64,000 bases of DNA, from the IMG/VR virus record IMGVR_UViG_2667527582_000007; one strand, given 5' to 3'. This document shows, one piece after another, positions 41,842 through 54,006 of this stretch; positions within the stretch are counted from its first letter, which is position 1; the number at the start of each line of letters is the position of its first letter. The notes below the pieces were generated by a model that ran no database searches, was not told the origin of the DNA, and was given only the letters and a program-made list of their open reading frames with translations. The stretch comes from a virus (Duplodnaviria; Heunggongvirae; Uroviricota; Caudoviricetes). The translations under genes and the position numbers were made by a program.

Positions 41842-42240
41842 GACCGGGACTCCCAATGCTTAAAATATCGGACAGTTCGGTGGGCACACAGAAACAAATT
41901 GGGTTTCAGACCATTAAACAGCCTGACTCAGCGCGACGGGAAAAATTGAGGTCGCTGACAACCGCTAAGGCTATCAGCAAAAAGGGATAGCCTTAGGAGT
42001 TGATCCTGGATGACAGGATAGTGAGCCAGTATCTACTGGGTGTGTCCAAGGCGAATGTCCTCTTAGAGTGATCGTGCGCGCATGTTACGCCAGCAAAATT
42101 TTGCCGTCAACACGCAACAGAACACCACAGAACAATAGTTGAACTTCGCGCTTTTTGGTACTCGTCAAGGTCGCTAACAGGATAAAAAAATCCCACATCC
42201 AGGACCTATAATGGCGCATCAGCTACTCATTGGTAAAGGA

Positions 42241-42498
42241 ATGATCACCTTGAATCTCAAACGGATTTTTCTCGCCCTCACCTTACTTCCCTTGTTTGCT
42301 GTTGCCGCTGATGATTGCGCACTCTCAGATCCGACGCTGACCGTACAGGCGTATACCGTTAATCCTCAAACAGAGCGGGTGAAAATGTACTGGCAAAAAG
42401 CCAATGGCGAAGCGTGGGGAACGTTACATGCTCTGCTGGCGGATATTAATAGTCAGGGTCAGGTGCAGATGGCGATGAACGGCGGCATCTATGATGAA
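42241..42498 (+). pseudogene. secreted hypothetical protein (YigE-like, tentative) N-terminal part, interrupted by IS1
   Basis: MITLNLKRIFLALTLLPLFAVAADDCALSDPTLTVQAYTVNPQTERVKMYWQKANGEAWGTLHALLADINSQGQVQMAMNGGIYDE; divergent from corA; ORF runs into the IS1 end. Confidence 0.35.
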
Positions 42499-42560
42499 GG
42501 TGATGCTGCCAACTTACTGATTTAGTGTATGATGGTGTTTTTGAGGTGCTCCAGTGGCTT
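42499..42560 (+). mobile_element. IS1 left terminal inverted repeat and 5' end
   Basis: ggtgatgctgccaacttactgatttagtgtatgatggtgtttttgaggtgctccagtggctt. Confidence 0.85.
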
Positions 42561-42570
42561 NNNNNNNNNN

Positions 42571-43059
42571 GCCGGGACGCTCAACAATGTCACGATTAAC
42601 GAGAACTGTCGGGTTCTGGGAAAACTGTCCGCGAACCAGATTGAAGGCGATCTCGTTAAAACAGTGGGCAAAGCTTTCCCCCGGGACTCCCGTGCACCGG
42701 AGCGGTGGCCATCAGGGACCATTACCGTCAGGGTTTATGACGATCAGCCGTTTGACCGGCAGATTGTTATTCCCGCGGTGGCGTTTCGTGGCGCTAAACA
42801 TGAGCGGGAGAATAACGATATTTATTCGTCATGCCGCCTGATAGTGAAGAAAAACGGTGCTGAAATTTATAACCGTACCGCGCTGGATAATACGCTGGTT
42901 TATACAGGTGTTATTGATATGCCTGCTGGTCGCGGTCACATGACGCTGGAGTTTTCGGTATCAGCGTGGCTGGTAAATGACTGGTATCCCACAGCCAGTA
43001 TCAGCGATTTGCTGGTTGTGGTGATGAAGAAATCCACAGCAGGTATCACGATTAGCTGA
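42571..43059 (+). CDS. J: J protein C-terminal fragment (second variant)
   Basis: [78 protein letters not shown]...[20 protein letters not shown]. Confidence 0.85.
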   Translation, partial: AGTLNNVTINENCRVLGKLSANQIEGDLVKTVGKAFPRDSRAPERWPSGTITVRVYDDQPFDRQIVIPAVAFRGAKHERENNDIYSSCRLIVKKNGAEIYNRTALDNTLVYTGVIDMPAGRGHMTLEFSVSAWLVNDWYPTASISDLLVVVMKKSTAGITIS

Positions 43060-43075
43060 ATTTTCATAACCCATA

Positions 43076-43106
43076 TGCGGGCGCCATTTCTGGCGCCTTT
43101 TTTATT
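43076..43106 (+). terminator. rho-independent terminator between J and lom
   Basis: gcgggcgccatttctggcgcc followed by tttttta. Confidence 0.5.
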
Positions 43107-43127
43107 GCAGAAAAGCGAGAGGTAATT

Positions 43128-43704
43128 ATGCGTAAACTTTATGCCGCCATTTTGTCCGCAGCCATCTGTCTGGCCGTATCCGGTGCGCCTGCATGGGCGT
43201 CTGAACATCAGTCCACGCTGAGCGCGGGCTATCTTCATGCCTCGACGAACGTTCCCGGCAGCGATGATCTGAACGGGATTAACGTGAAATACCGTTATGA
43301 GTTTACGGACACACTAGGGCTGGTGACGTCATTCAGCTATGCAGGAGACAAGAATCGCCAGCTGACCCGTTACAGCGATACCCGCTGGCATGAAGATTCC
43401 TTACGTAACCGCTGGTTCAGCGTGATGGCGGGGCCGTCTGTACGCGTGAATGAATGGTTCAGCGCGTATGCGATGGCGGGTGTGGCTTACAGCCGTGTGT
43501 CGACTTTCTCCGGGGATTATCTCCGCGTAACTGACAACAAGGGGAAAACGCACGATGTGCTGACCGGAAGTGATGACGGTCGCCACAGCAACACGTCTCT
43601 GGCGTGGGGAGCTGGCGTGCAGTTTAACCCGACCGAATCGGTGGCCATTGATATTGCTTATGAAGGCTCCGGCAGTGGCGACTGGCGCACTGACGGTTTC
43701 ATCG
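43128..43704 (+). CDS. lom: Lom outer-membrane protein, near full length (C-terminus lost in gap)
   Basis: MRKLYAAILSAAICLAVSGAPAWASEHQSTLSAGYLHASTNVPGSDDLNGINVKYRYEFTDTLGLVTSFSYAGDKNRQLTRYSDTRWHEDSLRNRWFSVMAGPSVRVNEWFSAYAMAGVAYSRV... Confidence 0.9.
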
Positions 43705-43714
43705 NNNNNNNNNN

Positions 43715-44097
43715 TGGCATGCTGGCCACCGGCTTTCCGTAGACGGATGCCCCTTTAATGGGGATCACCCGGAACAGCCCATGTTTTTTCGAGCGTTCAT
43801 ACACAATGGTCGGGTCAATCCCGCCAGTATCCCAGCAGATACGGGATACCGACATTTCTGCACCATTCCGGCGGGTATAGGTTTTATTGATGGCCTCATC
43901 CACACGCAGCAGCGTCTGTTCATCGTCGTGGCGGCCCATAATAATCTGCCGATCTATCAGCCAGCTTTCCTCACCCGGCCCCCATCCCCATACGCGCATT
44001 TCGTAGCGATCCAGCTGGGAGTCGATACCGGCGGTCAGGTAAGCCACACGGTCAGGAACGGGCGCTGAATAATGCTCTTTCCGCTCTGCCATCACTT
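43715..44097 (-). CDS. A: terminase large subunit A, internal fragment
   Basis: VMAERKEHYSAPVPDRVAYLTAGIDSQLDRYEMRVWGWGPGEESWLIDRQIIMGRHDDEQTLLRVDEAINKTYTRRNGAEMSVSRICWDTGGIDPTIVYERSKKHGLFRVIPIKGASVYGKPVASMP. Confidence 0.85.
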
Positions 44098-44115
44098 NNN
44101 NNNNNNNTCTTTTTT

Positions 44116-44200
44116 GCGGGAGTGGCGAAATTGGTAGACGCACCAGATTTAGGTTCTGGCGCCGCAAGGTGTGCGAGTTCAAGTCTCGCCTCCCGCACCA
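44116..44200 (+). tRNA. leuW: tRNA-Leu (UAG)
   Basis: GCGGGAGTGGCGAAATTGGTAGACGCACCAGATTTAGGTTCTGGCGCCGCAAGGTGTGCGAGTTCAAGTCTCGCCTCCCGCACCA. Confidence 0.95.
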
Positions 44201-44223
44201 TTCACCAGAAAGCGTTGTACGGA

Positions 44224-44298
44224 TGGGGTATCGCCAAGCGGTAAGGCACCGGTTTTTGATACCGGCATTCCCTGGTTCGAATCCAGGTACCCCAGCCA
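44224..44298 (+). tRNA. glnU: tRNA-Gln (UUG)
   Basis: TGGGGTATCGCCAAGCGGTAAGGCACCGGTTTTTGATACCGGCATTCCCTGGTTCGAATCCAGGTACCCCAGCCA. Confidence 0.95.
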
Positions 44299-44332
44299 TC
44301 TTCTTCGAGTAAGCGGTTCACCGCCCGGTTAT

Positions 44333-44396
44333 TGGGGTATCGCCAAGCGGTAAGGCACCGGTTTTTGATACCGGCATTCCCTGGTTCGAATCCAGG
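44333..44396 (+). tRNA. glnW: tRNA-Gln (UUG), second copy, truncated by gap
   Basis: Identical to the previous tRNA-Gln up to the gap. Confidence 0.85.
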
Positions 44397-44406
44397 NNNN
44401 NNNNNN

Positions 44407-45129
44407 ATATCAGTTAATTATTGCAGCGGACCGCGATCTGAATGGTTCAGGCCAGAACAGGGCGGAAGCTGCTGCAAAAGCGTGTCAATGTGACATTGTC
44501 CTGCCACCGGTTTTTGGTGACTGGAATGATGCGCTTGCCCATTACGGAGAGGAATCCACCCTGAAGGCAATTCTTGAGGCTTTGAAGCCACATAACGCCA
44601 GTCCTTTCGACACGATGAGTGAAGCAGAATTCACAGCGATGAGTGTCAGCGAAAAAGCTCAGAGGGTTCGGGAGCATTACAGGGATGCGCTGGCGGTTGA
44701 TCCGAACGGGCAGCTTTTATCCCGCTATGAGTCTGGGGCGTGGAAAGTGATTTCTCAGTCTGATTTTGCCCGAGATGTCGCAGCCCTTTTCCAGCGCCTC
44801 GGTGCACCGTTTTCCTCAGGAAAAATTGCCTCACTGGTGGAAACATTAAAGTTAATTGTTCCGCAGCAGCAAAATCCGGCACGTCATCTGATCGGTTTTC
44901 GTAATGGCGTCCTCGATACGCGAACAGGGCTGTTTAGTCCACACTTTAAAGAGAACTGGCTACGTACCCTGTGTGAAGTCGATTTCACGCCACCGGTAAA
45001 TGGGGAAACGCTTGAAACTCATGCCCCGGCATTCTGGCGATGGCTGGACAGGGCCGCCGGGCACGAGCCAGCAAAACGCGACATTATTCTCGCAGCGCTG
45101 TTTATGGTGCTGGCGAACCGCTATGACTG
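44407..45129 (+). CDS. P4 alpha-like primase-helicase, central fragment
   Basis: ...IIAADRDLNGSGQNRAEAAAKACQCDIVLPPVFGDWNDALAHYGEESTLKAILEALKPHNASPFDTMSEAEFTAMSVSEKAQRVREHYRDALAVDPNGQLL...; continuous with the toprim-containing fragments at 49267-50008 and 60303-61040. Confidence 0.55.
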
Positions 45130-45139
45130 NNNNNNNNNN

Positions 45140-46035
45140 GTGGAAACTGGTTTATTCATAAAAGCGATTATGATGATGCCGGAAGCACCAGCACCGCAAT
45201 TTCATATAATTTTGCAAACGACAGACTTGATGTGCAAAATCTTAAAGCGTCTGGCTTTATTGCAACCGGATCAGGTATATCAACGATAACAGGTCAGGAC
45301 TGGAACGCCCAACACACCGATAATATACAAAAATTTAAACCGATCTCAGGCGGTGCAAACGGCCCCGCTGGTTCTATGAACCTCGGCGGCATACATGTTC
45401 AATTTAGTAAAAATTACGCTGTACAGTTCGGAGGTCGAAATTCCGGTTTTTGGGGAAGAACAATTGAGGCAGGGACGATTCAGGAATGGAAGAAATTACT
45501 AACAGTAGACGATCTCAATTCATCTACCGATCTTGCTGTCAGGTCATTAACCACATCTAACCCGGTAAAATCTGGCGGAGGGCGAATTGATGTCCTTGGA
45601 AGCACGTCAGACTATAGCAAAATGGATTGCTTTGTACGTGGGTTTGATAGCACCGGTAATTCTCTCGCGTGGGCGTTGGGTTCATCAGTCGGCGTAAGTA
45701 AGATGCTGTCGCTAAAAAATTTCTTTAGCGGAGCTGAGATACTGTTAAATGGTAATGACGGCGCGGTTCAACTCAAAACAGGTGCTGTTAACGGGGCTAA
45801 AGCGCAGACGCTCACTATCAACAAGGATGAGGTTAACTCAACCGTTGATTTAACCCTTACAAAGCAATCAGGGACTGGTAATCGTTTTGTTTTACAGAAC
45901 TCAGGTAATGCAGAACTACCGTTTTCTGTCAGGGTGTGGGGTTCCAGTACTCGACAAAACGTTTTTGAGGTTGGAACGTCTGCTGCGTATCTGTTTTATG
46001 CGCAAAAACGTCAGCAGGCCAGTTGTTTGATGTAA
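45140..46035 (+). CDS. prophage side tail fiber protein, C-terminal fragment
   Basis: ...DYDDAGSTSTAISYNFANDRLDVQNLKASGFIATGSGISTITGQDWNAQHTDNIQKFKPISGGANGPAGSMNLGGIHVQF...; related to the 28290 and 39195 fragments. Confidence 0.6.
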
Positions 46036-46131
46036 ATGGCGCTATTAATTGCACAATGCTGAATCAGTCATCAGACCGCGACCTTAAAGACGATATTCTC
46101 GTTATCAGCGACGCGACGAAANNNNNNNNNN

Positions 46132-46285
46132 GTACTGGTTTTTACAGTTGCTCGATAAAGTCACGCCCTCACAGTGGGCGGCAATAGGTGTGCTGGGTAG
46201 TCTGGTGTTTGGCCTGCTGACGTATCTGACAAATCTTTATTTCAAGATTAAAGAAGACAAGCGTAAGGCTGCACGGGGAGAGTAA
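46132..46285 (+). CDS. S21-type (pinholin-like) holin, C-terminal part
   Basis: ...[50 protein letters not shown] resembles phage 21 S; followed at ~46290 by the start of the next ORF (MTQNYELIVKGIRNFE). Confidence 0.7.
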
Positions 46286-46347
46286 TTCAATGACTCAAAA
46301 CTATGAACTGATTGTGAAAGGGATCCGCAATTTTGAGNNNNNNNNNN

Positions 46348-46543
46348 TGCCAGGTCGTCCCAGAAAATCATGGCAAACTGCGCGAGCGTCATATAGCCGC
46401 CTTGTTGTAATGACAACATTTTGCGGCTATTCTTGAATTGTTCTGGTTCAAGATTAGCCCCCGTTCTGTTGTCAGGTTGTACCTCTCAACGTGCGGGGGT
46501 TTTCTCTTTCCAGCAACCAATGCCACCAGGGATAAAGCCCCCG
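46348..46543. repeat. ldr: LDR unit fragment with truncated ldr at 46348-46392 (minus)
   Basis: Minus-strand YMTLAQFAMIFWDDLA plus conserved upstream LDR sequence. Confidence 0.7.
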
Positions 46544-46553
46544 NNNNNNNNNN

Positions 46554-47134
46554 CGCTGGCGAGACTTCAGCGACAGTTAAGCCGCAAGGTCAAATTCAGC
46601 AACAACTGGCAGAAGCAGAAACGCAAAATACAGCGACTGCATTCCTGTATCGCAAATATCCGCAGGGACTACCTTCACAAAGTCACAACGGCCGTCAGCA
46701 AAAACCACGCAATGATAGTCATTGAGGATTTGAAGGTCAGCAACATGTCAAAGTCAGCAGCGGGTACGGTCAGCCAGCCGGGGCGCAATGTCCGGGCAAA
46801 ATCAGGTTTAAACCGTTCGATACTGGATCAGGGCTGGTATGAAATGCGCCGCCAGCTTGCGTACAAGCAGCTCTGGCGTGGCGGTCAGGTGCTTGCTGTT
46901 CCGCCAGCGTATACAAGCCAGCGTTGCGCGTACTGTGGTCATACAGCGAAAGAGAACCGCCTGTCACAAAGTAAATTCAGATGCCAGGTATGTGGATATA
47001 CAGCGAACGCCGATGTAAATGGCGCTCGTAACATTTTAGCGGCGGGGCACGCCGTTCTTGCCTGTGGAGAGATGGTGCAGTCAGGCCGCTCGTTGAAGCA
47101 GGAACCCACCGAAATGATTCAGGCGACAGCCTGA
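46554..47134 (+). mobile_element. tnpB: IS200/IS605-family transposase-associated TnpB, C-terminal half
   Basis: ...KNHAMIVIEDLKVSNMSKSAAG...[80 protein letters not shown]...; RuvC-II/III and Zn-finger motifs. Confidence 0.8.
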
Positions 47135-47154
47135 ACGTAGCAGGGATCCACGTC
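47135..47154 (+). mobile_element. IS right-end sequence after tnpB (truncated by gap)
   Basis: acgtagcagggatccacgtc follows the tnpB stop; same as 4066-4085. Confidence 0.5.
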
Positions 47155-47313
47155 NNNNNNNNNNCCAGATAATAGTGTTGCAAATAAAACAGATTTTTTA
47201 AACATATAAAATACCATCAATGAAGTGATTAAGAAGTTATAGAGTAACAGAGAATTAATAAGATTCTTTTCTCTGAGACGCCAGAATATTTGTTCTGGCG
47301 TCTGATTTTGAGT

Positions 47314-48639
47314 TTATTTGACTAATGAAAATAGATCATTGAGTGATTCGCTCATCGACGGATGAGTAAATATCTGATCGCGTAATATGCTATAAGGCAG
47401 CCCGGCATCCATCACCATTTTCACTATATTGATCATCTCGTGGGAGTCAACACACAGCAGTGATGCCCCTAATATACGTTGGGTTTTATTATCAACAATC
47501 GCTTTTAATACCCCACGGGTATCGTTCATCACTCTGGCGCGCGGAATTGCAGCTACAGGCAATGTCACCACCTGAATATCAGCACCACTCTCTCTGGCTT
47601 GTTCTTCTGTCATACCAACCCTGGACAGGGGCGGTGTCATAAATACGGAATAAGGCACATTTTTCCGATCATCAGTACTACGTTTGCCTTCACCCAGTAA
47701 CTCATCACGTACAATGCGGTAATCATCCAGTGATATGTAAGTAAATTGCAGCCCGCCGGTAACATCTCCCATCGCCCAAATATTGTCTGCGGTGGTATGT
47801 AATCGCTTGTCAACGACAATTGCCCCGCGCTCGTTTACTGCGATACCGGCATTTTCTGGATGTAACGAAGCGGTAGCCGGTTGACGACCGGAAGCTATTA
47901 ACAGTGCATCCACCGCCAGTTGGGCGTGCTCGCTATGCACTTGCACTTGATTTTCATGGTGACTGATTCGCTCCACATGGGCATTGAGGATAATATCGAC
48001 GCCCTGATCGCGTAAAATCGTCGCGATATTATCAGCAATATCCCGATCTTCCCGAGGCAAAAACAGCGAAGCTGACTCTAAAATGGTTACTTTGCTGCCA
48101 AAATTAGCGAACATAGAGGCGAACTCAACGCCAATATATCCGCCGCCCAAAATACCTAAATGCCCAGGCAATTCTTTTAGATTAAGTAATCCGGTGCTGT
48201 CATATACACCAGGTGTGGTGGTAATTCCAGGAATTGGCGGAACCACGGCTTGTGCACCGGTATTAATAAAAATTTTCTCGCCATGAATCTCCAGATTTCC
48301 CTCAGGCCGATGAACACGCAGGCTATGATTATTGATAAACTCCGCCTGGCCGTCGATCACGTCGATATTGGGCATATCCGCAAGATTATGAAAATTCTTA
48401 TTACGTAAAAAATTAACCACTTCATTTTTACGCTGTATGGCACGGACAAAATCTGTGTGCTGCTGTGCGTCATGAACCAATGTTTTGGTTGGGATACAGC
48501 CGATATTAATACAGGTCCCGCCATACATTGCATTTGATTGTTCGATGAGAGCCACACGCCAACCTGCTTTTGCCAGCGTGACGGCTAATGTTTTTCCAGC
48601 CTTGCCAAAACCAATAATAACTGCCTGATATTTATTCAT
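47314..48639 (-). CDS. rclA: reactive-chlorine-stress oxidoreductase RclA (YkgC), pyridine nucleotide-disulfide oxidoreductase
   Basis: MNKYQAVIIGFGKAGKTLAVTLAKAGWRVALIEQSNAMYGGTCINIGCIPTKTLVHDAQQ...; 441 aa. Confidence 0.85.
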   Translation of the reverse strand: MNKYQAVIIGFGKAGKTLAVTLAKAGWRVALIEQSNAMYGGTCINIGCIPTKTLVHDAQQHTDFVRAIQRKNEVVNFLRNKNFHNLADMPNIDVIDGQAEFINNHSLRVHRPEGNLEIHGEKIFINTGAQAVVPPIPGITTTPGVYDSTGLLNLKELPGHLGILGGGYIGVEFASMFANFGSKVTILESASLFLPREDRDIADNIATILRDQGVDIILNAHVERISHHENQVQVHSEHAQLAVDALLIASGRQPATASLHPENAGIAVNERGAIVVDKRLHTTADNIWAMGDVTGGLQFTYISLDDYRIVRDELLGEGKRSTDDRKNVPYSVFMTPPLSRVGMTEEQARESGADIQVVTLPVAAIPRARVMNDTRGVLKAIVDNKTQRILGASLLCVDSHEMINIVKMVMDAGLPYSILRDQIFTHPSMSESLNDLFSLVK

Positions 48640-48693
48640 GATGATTTCCTGTCGAAACGCGTTCATTTGACATTATGACTATAGGACGCAAAA

Positions 48694-48763
48694 GGTGACG
48701 CTGCCAACTTACTGATTTAGTGTATGATGGTGTTTTTGAGGTGCTCCAGTGGCTTCTGTTTCT
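48694..48763 (+). mobile_element. IS1 left terminal inverted repeat and 5' end, 54 nt upstream of rclA start
   Basis: ggtgacgctgccaacttactgatttagtgtatgatggtgtttttgaggtgctccagtggcttctgtttct. Confidence 0.8.
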
Positions 48764-48773
48764 NNNNNNNNNN

Positions 48774-49252
48774 CTTGTCACCGGAATGGCTGTTCTTCAG
48801 GATTGCTACGAAAAACCTGCCAATGCTCAATGTGAGCAACTGGTTTCCCTGATTTATCTGATGACAGAGCAGCTTGATGGCGTGGTACAGCGTTGCCAGG
48901 ATGACCTGATGAACATGGAGGTGGTGCAATGAAATCACGCACTCTTTCCCTTTCACTTCGGGTAGCGTTGTATCGCCGCGCGGTAGCCTGCGCATGGCTG
49001 AGTGCCTGCCATCAGCAAAACCGCCACCTGCAGCTGACTCTGGATGAAATTGAAACCGCTATTGCCCGTGAGCTTGAAGGATTTTATCTGCGACAGCACG
49101 GGCAAACAAAAGGCATGGAAATCGCCTGCGCCCTGCTTTCAGACCTGATGGAATCCGGCCCTCTAATGTCCTGTCCCGCACTCTCCCAGCTCGGAATAGC
49201 CGTAATGGATGAGTTATGCGTCCGTCACATCAAAAAGCCGGTTTTACACTGA
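48774..49252 (+). CDS. two small hypothetical ORFs upstream of the alpha primase (satellite-phage context)
   Basis: ...[52 protein letters not shown] and [58 protein letters not shown]...; families not recognised. Confidence 0.3.
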
Positions 49253-49266
49253 GGGAGAACTGCATC

Positions 49267-50008
49267 ATGTCAGGAATGAAAGTCAGTCAGGCCGTGAAGG
49301 CTGCCCGCGGTCACTGGGCTCAGATTCTGCCAGCGCTGGGCGTGAATATATTGAAAAATCGCCATCAGCCTTGTCCGGTCTGTGGCGGTAAAGATCGTTT
49401 TCGCTTCGACGATCAGGAAGGACGCGGAACATGGTTCTGCAATCAGTGCGGAGCCGGGGATGGTTTAGCGCTTGTCACCAGGGCACTGAATGTGGATATC
49501 AGTGAAGCAGCTGACAGGATACATGGACTGACACATGGTCTCTCTATAGCTAATTCCGAAGTCAAGACGTTAACCGCCGATGCCGATAGCGGGAAAGATG
49601 CAGCGGCAGCACTTGCCGCGCGACTGCTGCAAGCCTCGCGTGAATCTGCCGGAAACACTTATCTTACACATAAAGGTTTCCCGGAGCATATTTGCCATGA
49701 GCTGACTTCAGATCATAAAACCGGTGGGGTGATGTTCCGCCCCGGTGATTTGATCGTCCCGCTCTATAACACTGACGGGGTGCTGGTGAATATTCAGCTT
49801 ATCAGTGGCAATGGTAGCAAGTGTTTTCTTAAAGGGGGTCAGGTTAAGGAGGCCTATCATCTGATAGAAGGGAGCGGGAGTTCAGTAAGAAGGATGTGGA
49901 TTGCGGAAGGCTACGCCACGGCGCTTACCATTCATCATCTGACAGGAGAAGCCGTCATGGTGGCATTTTCGGCGGTCAACTTTCTTTCTCTGGCCAGCGT
50001 TGCCCATA
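49267..50008 (+). CDS. P4 alpha-like primase, N-terminal part (zinc-binding and toprim regions)
   Basis: MSGMKVSQAVKAARGHWAQILPALGVNILKNRHQPCPVCGGKDRFRFDDQEGRGTWFCNQCGAGDGLALVTRALNV...MWIAEGYATALTIHHLTGEAVMVAFSAVNF. Confidence 0.6.
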
Positions 50009-50018
50009 NNNNNNNNNN

Positions 50019-50674
50019 ATCATTTGCTAACAGTCTCGTATGGAGCATCCCGCCAGTAGTGTATGCGCCAGTAGAATCACTAGTCCTATCGAGAAATAGA
50101 CTATTAAGCTGAGGGCTGTTATCCCTGCCTAATCCAAGATTAGTTCTGGCACCATCAATAGTTGCCGCGCCAGTGCCACCATGAGAAACATCAAGCGGTA
50201 TCCATTTTTTTTGTGTATCGCTGTAACAACCCCATGATGAGGCGGTTAAACCCAGGCGCATGGATTTATCATGGTTATATAACCATGTTTCGCTATTCAA
50301 TTGGTCAAGACGGTCCACTTCATTTTTGCGAGCGTGGCGTGTCCATTGCGGGCCTATTGTCGGACTCCAGCGATAGGTATAAAGCGAGCGAGTAGTCCAT
50401 CCCTGAAATACACCTGTATACGCTGGTGTTCCATCTACCTGACTAATAAAACCAGTAAGATTACCTTCGCCTGATGCAATAGACGGAAAACCTGTTGCGG
50501 AAGCAAAAATGCGCATAAAGCCAATATAACCGGATGGATCACCGGAAATATCAGGACAATTGCGCGGTGATGATCCCAAACCGATGTTAGCACCAACAAT
50601 ACCCTGAGCATGGTTGCGATAATTAAGTGCGTCCGCCGCAGATTTCGCCGCGTTTGTTTCACTGGATTTAGCAT
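50019..50674 (-). CDS. prophage side tail fiber protein fragment
   Basis: ...GSSPRNCPDISGDPSGYIGFMRIFASATGFPSIASGEGNLTGFISQVDGTPAYTGVFQGWTTRSLYTYRW...; variant of 39195-39966. Confidence 0.6.
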
Positions 50675-50750
50675 NNNNNNNNNNGCGGGGAGCGGGCTTT
50701 CGTAATCTTGCCTTGGATCAAATACTCCTTACATAATTAAGGAGAACAAA

Positions 50751-50877
50751 ATGGAACTTAAAAAATTGATGGAACATATTTCTGTTATCCCCGATTACAG
50801 ACAAGCCTGGAATGTGGAACATAAATTATCGGATATTCTACTGTTGACTATTTGTGCCGTTATTTCTGGTGCAGAAG
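50751..50877 (+). mobile_element. ISAs1-family (H-repeat) transposase, N-terminus
   Basis: [42 protein letters not shown]; RBS aaggag upstream. Confidence 0.75.
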
Positions 50878-50887
50878 NNNNNNNNNN

Positions 50888-51329
<442 letters not shown>

Positions 51330-51339
51330 NNNNNNNNNN

Positions 51340-51920
<581 letters not shown>

Positions 51921-51943
51921 NNNNNNNNNNGAAGAAACAATCT

Positions 51944-52020
51944 GGCTACGTAGCTCAGTTGGTTAGAGCACATCACTCATAATGATGGGGTCACAGGTTC
52001 GAATCCCGTCGTAGCCACCA
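51944..52020 (+). tRNA. metT: tRNA-Met (CAU, elongator)
   Basis: GGCTACGTAGCTCAGTTGGTTAGAGCACATCACTCATAATGATGGGGTCACAGGTTCGAATCCCGTCGTAGCCACCA. Confidence 0.95.
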
Positions 52021-52067
52021 AATTCTGAATGTGTCGAATATGTTCGGCAAATTCAAAACCAATTTGT

Positions 52068-52128
52068 TGGGGTATCGCCAAGCGGTAAGGCACCGGATTC
52101 TGATTCCGGCATTCCGAGGTTCGAATCC
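52068..52128 (+). tRNA. glnV: tRNA-Gln (CUG), truncated by gap
   Basis: TGGGGTATCGCCAAGCGGTAAGGCACCGGATTCTGATTCCGGCATTCCGAGGTTCGAATCCT. Confidence 0.85.
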
Positions 52129-52139
52129 TNNNNNNNNNN

Positions 52140-52357
52140 AACTTTTCCGTTATTACCGTTGATTTCCGTACCGGTGGAATCCTTGCCGTCAACGGTGGTT
52201 TTGCCGTTGTTGTTTGCCGTGGCGTCATCACCGTTAATCTGCGTGCCGGTGCCACCGTTGGTGATGGCGCTCTCGCCTTCGTTGTTAACAACCGCCTGGT
52301 CGCCGTCAACCTGGATACCGATGGACTCCGGATCGGTGACGGTCATGGTGCCCTTGT
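52140..52357 (-). CDS. repetitive beta-solenoid adhesin-like passenger repeat, fragment
   Basis: KGTMTVTDPESIGIQVDGDQAVVNNEGESAITNGGTGTQINGDDATANNNGKTTVDGKDSTGTEINGNNGKV. Confidence 0.4.
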
Positions 52358-52609
52358 NNNNNNNNNNCACATAGGCGTTTGCCTTACGCGCGGTCGTGTC
52401 AGCCAGTAGCGGCAGCAGCTCTTCTTTTTCAGTAATCAGCCCGGCCAGTTCTGTGGCTGTTTCCTGTTGTTCCAGATACTCAGCCCGAAGAGCTTTCATC
52501 TCCGGTGTTACGATGCCGCCGCTCTGGTTAAGCAATTCCCTGAACTGCGCCCGATTGTCTTTGCTGGCCTGCTCAGTTTCGGTCTGATGCTGGCGCAGAN
52601 NNNNNNNNN

Positions 52610-53052
52610 GCTCAGTTGTTCAGGAATATGGTGCAGCAGCTCGCTGTCACCACAGTAAATGGCGGCATGATTCGGCACCGATGAACCAAAACAGCACAGC
52701 AGCACATCGCCCGGTTGTGCTGATGACAACGGCACCTGATACAGCCCTGTGGCCTCCAGATTATCCAGATAGAGATTCTGACCGTGACGCCACCAGTCAT
52801 CCCCGCGATGAAAATTCGGCATCTCAATCCCCGCCAGATGATAAGCATCCCGGAACAGCGTGTAACAGTCCGTCACCCCGTGCTCAAAGCGCCGCCCGGT
52901 GAGATGCGGCACACAGCGGAACTTATGAATCGCCCCCCGGCAGACCAGCAACCACGGCAAATCACTCTGCACCTGCAGCCGCCGGTCAGCCTCACTCAGC
53001 CAGGGCAGACCACCGGGGTGGCTGTGGACCAGCGCCACAATCTCACCCTGCA
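52610..53052 (-). CDS. K: tail protein K (JAB/MPN and NlpC/P60-like), fragment
   Basis: QGEIVALVHSHPGGLPWLSEADRRLQVQSDLPWLLVCRGAIHKFRCVPHLTGRRFEHGVTDCYTLFRDAYHLAGIEMPNFHRGDDWW...AAIYCGDSELLHHIPEQLS. Confidence 0.85.
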
Positions 53053-53062
53053 NNNNNNNNNN

Positions 53063-53783
<721 letters not shown>

Positions 53784-53926
53784 NNNNNNNNNNCGCTAAG
53801 GTGGAAGCGGTAGTAAAACGTGAAGGATAACGTTGCATCAGCAACGGCCCGAAGGGCGAGACGAAGTCGAGTCATCCTGCACGACCCACCACTAACATAG
53901 TTAGTTGTAGTATCCAGCGTAGTATT

Positions 53927-54002
53927 GGGTGATTAGCTCAGCTGGGAGAGCACCTCCCTTACAAGGAGGGGGTCGGCGGTTCGATCCCGTCATCACCCAC
54001 CA
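53927..54002 (+). tRNA. tRNA-Val (UAC)
   Basis: GGGTGATTAGCTCAGCTGGGAGAGCACCTCCCTTACAAGGAGGGGGTCGGCGGTTCGATCCCGTCATCACCCACCA. Confidence 0.95.
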
Positions 54003-54006
54003 CTTC

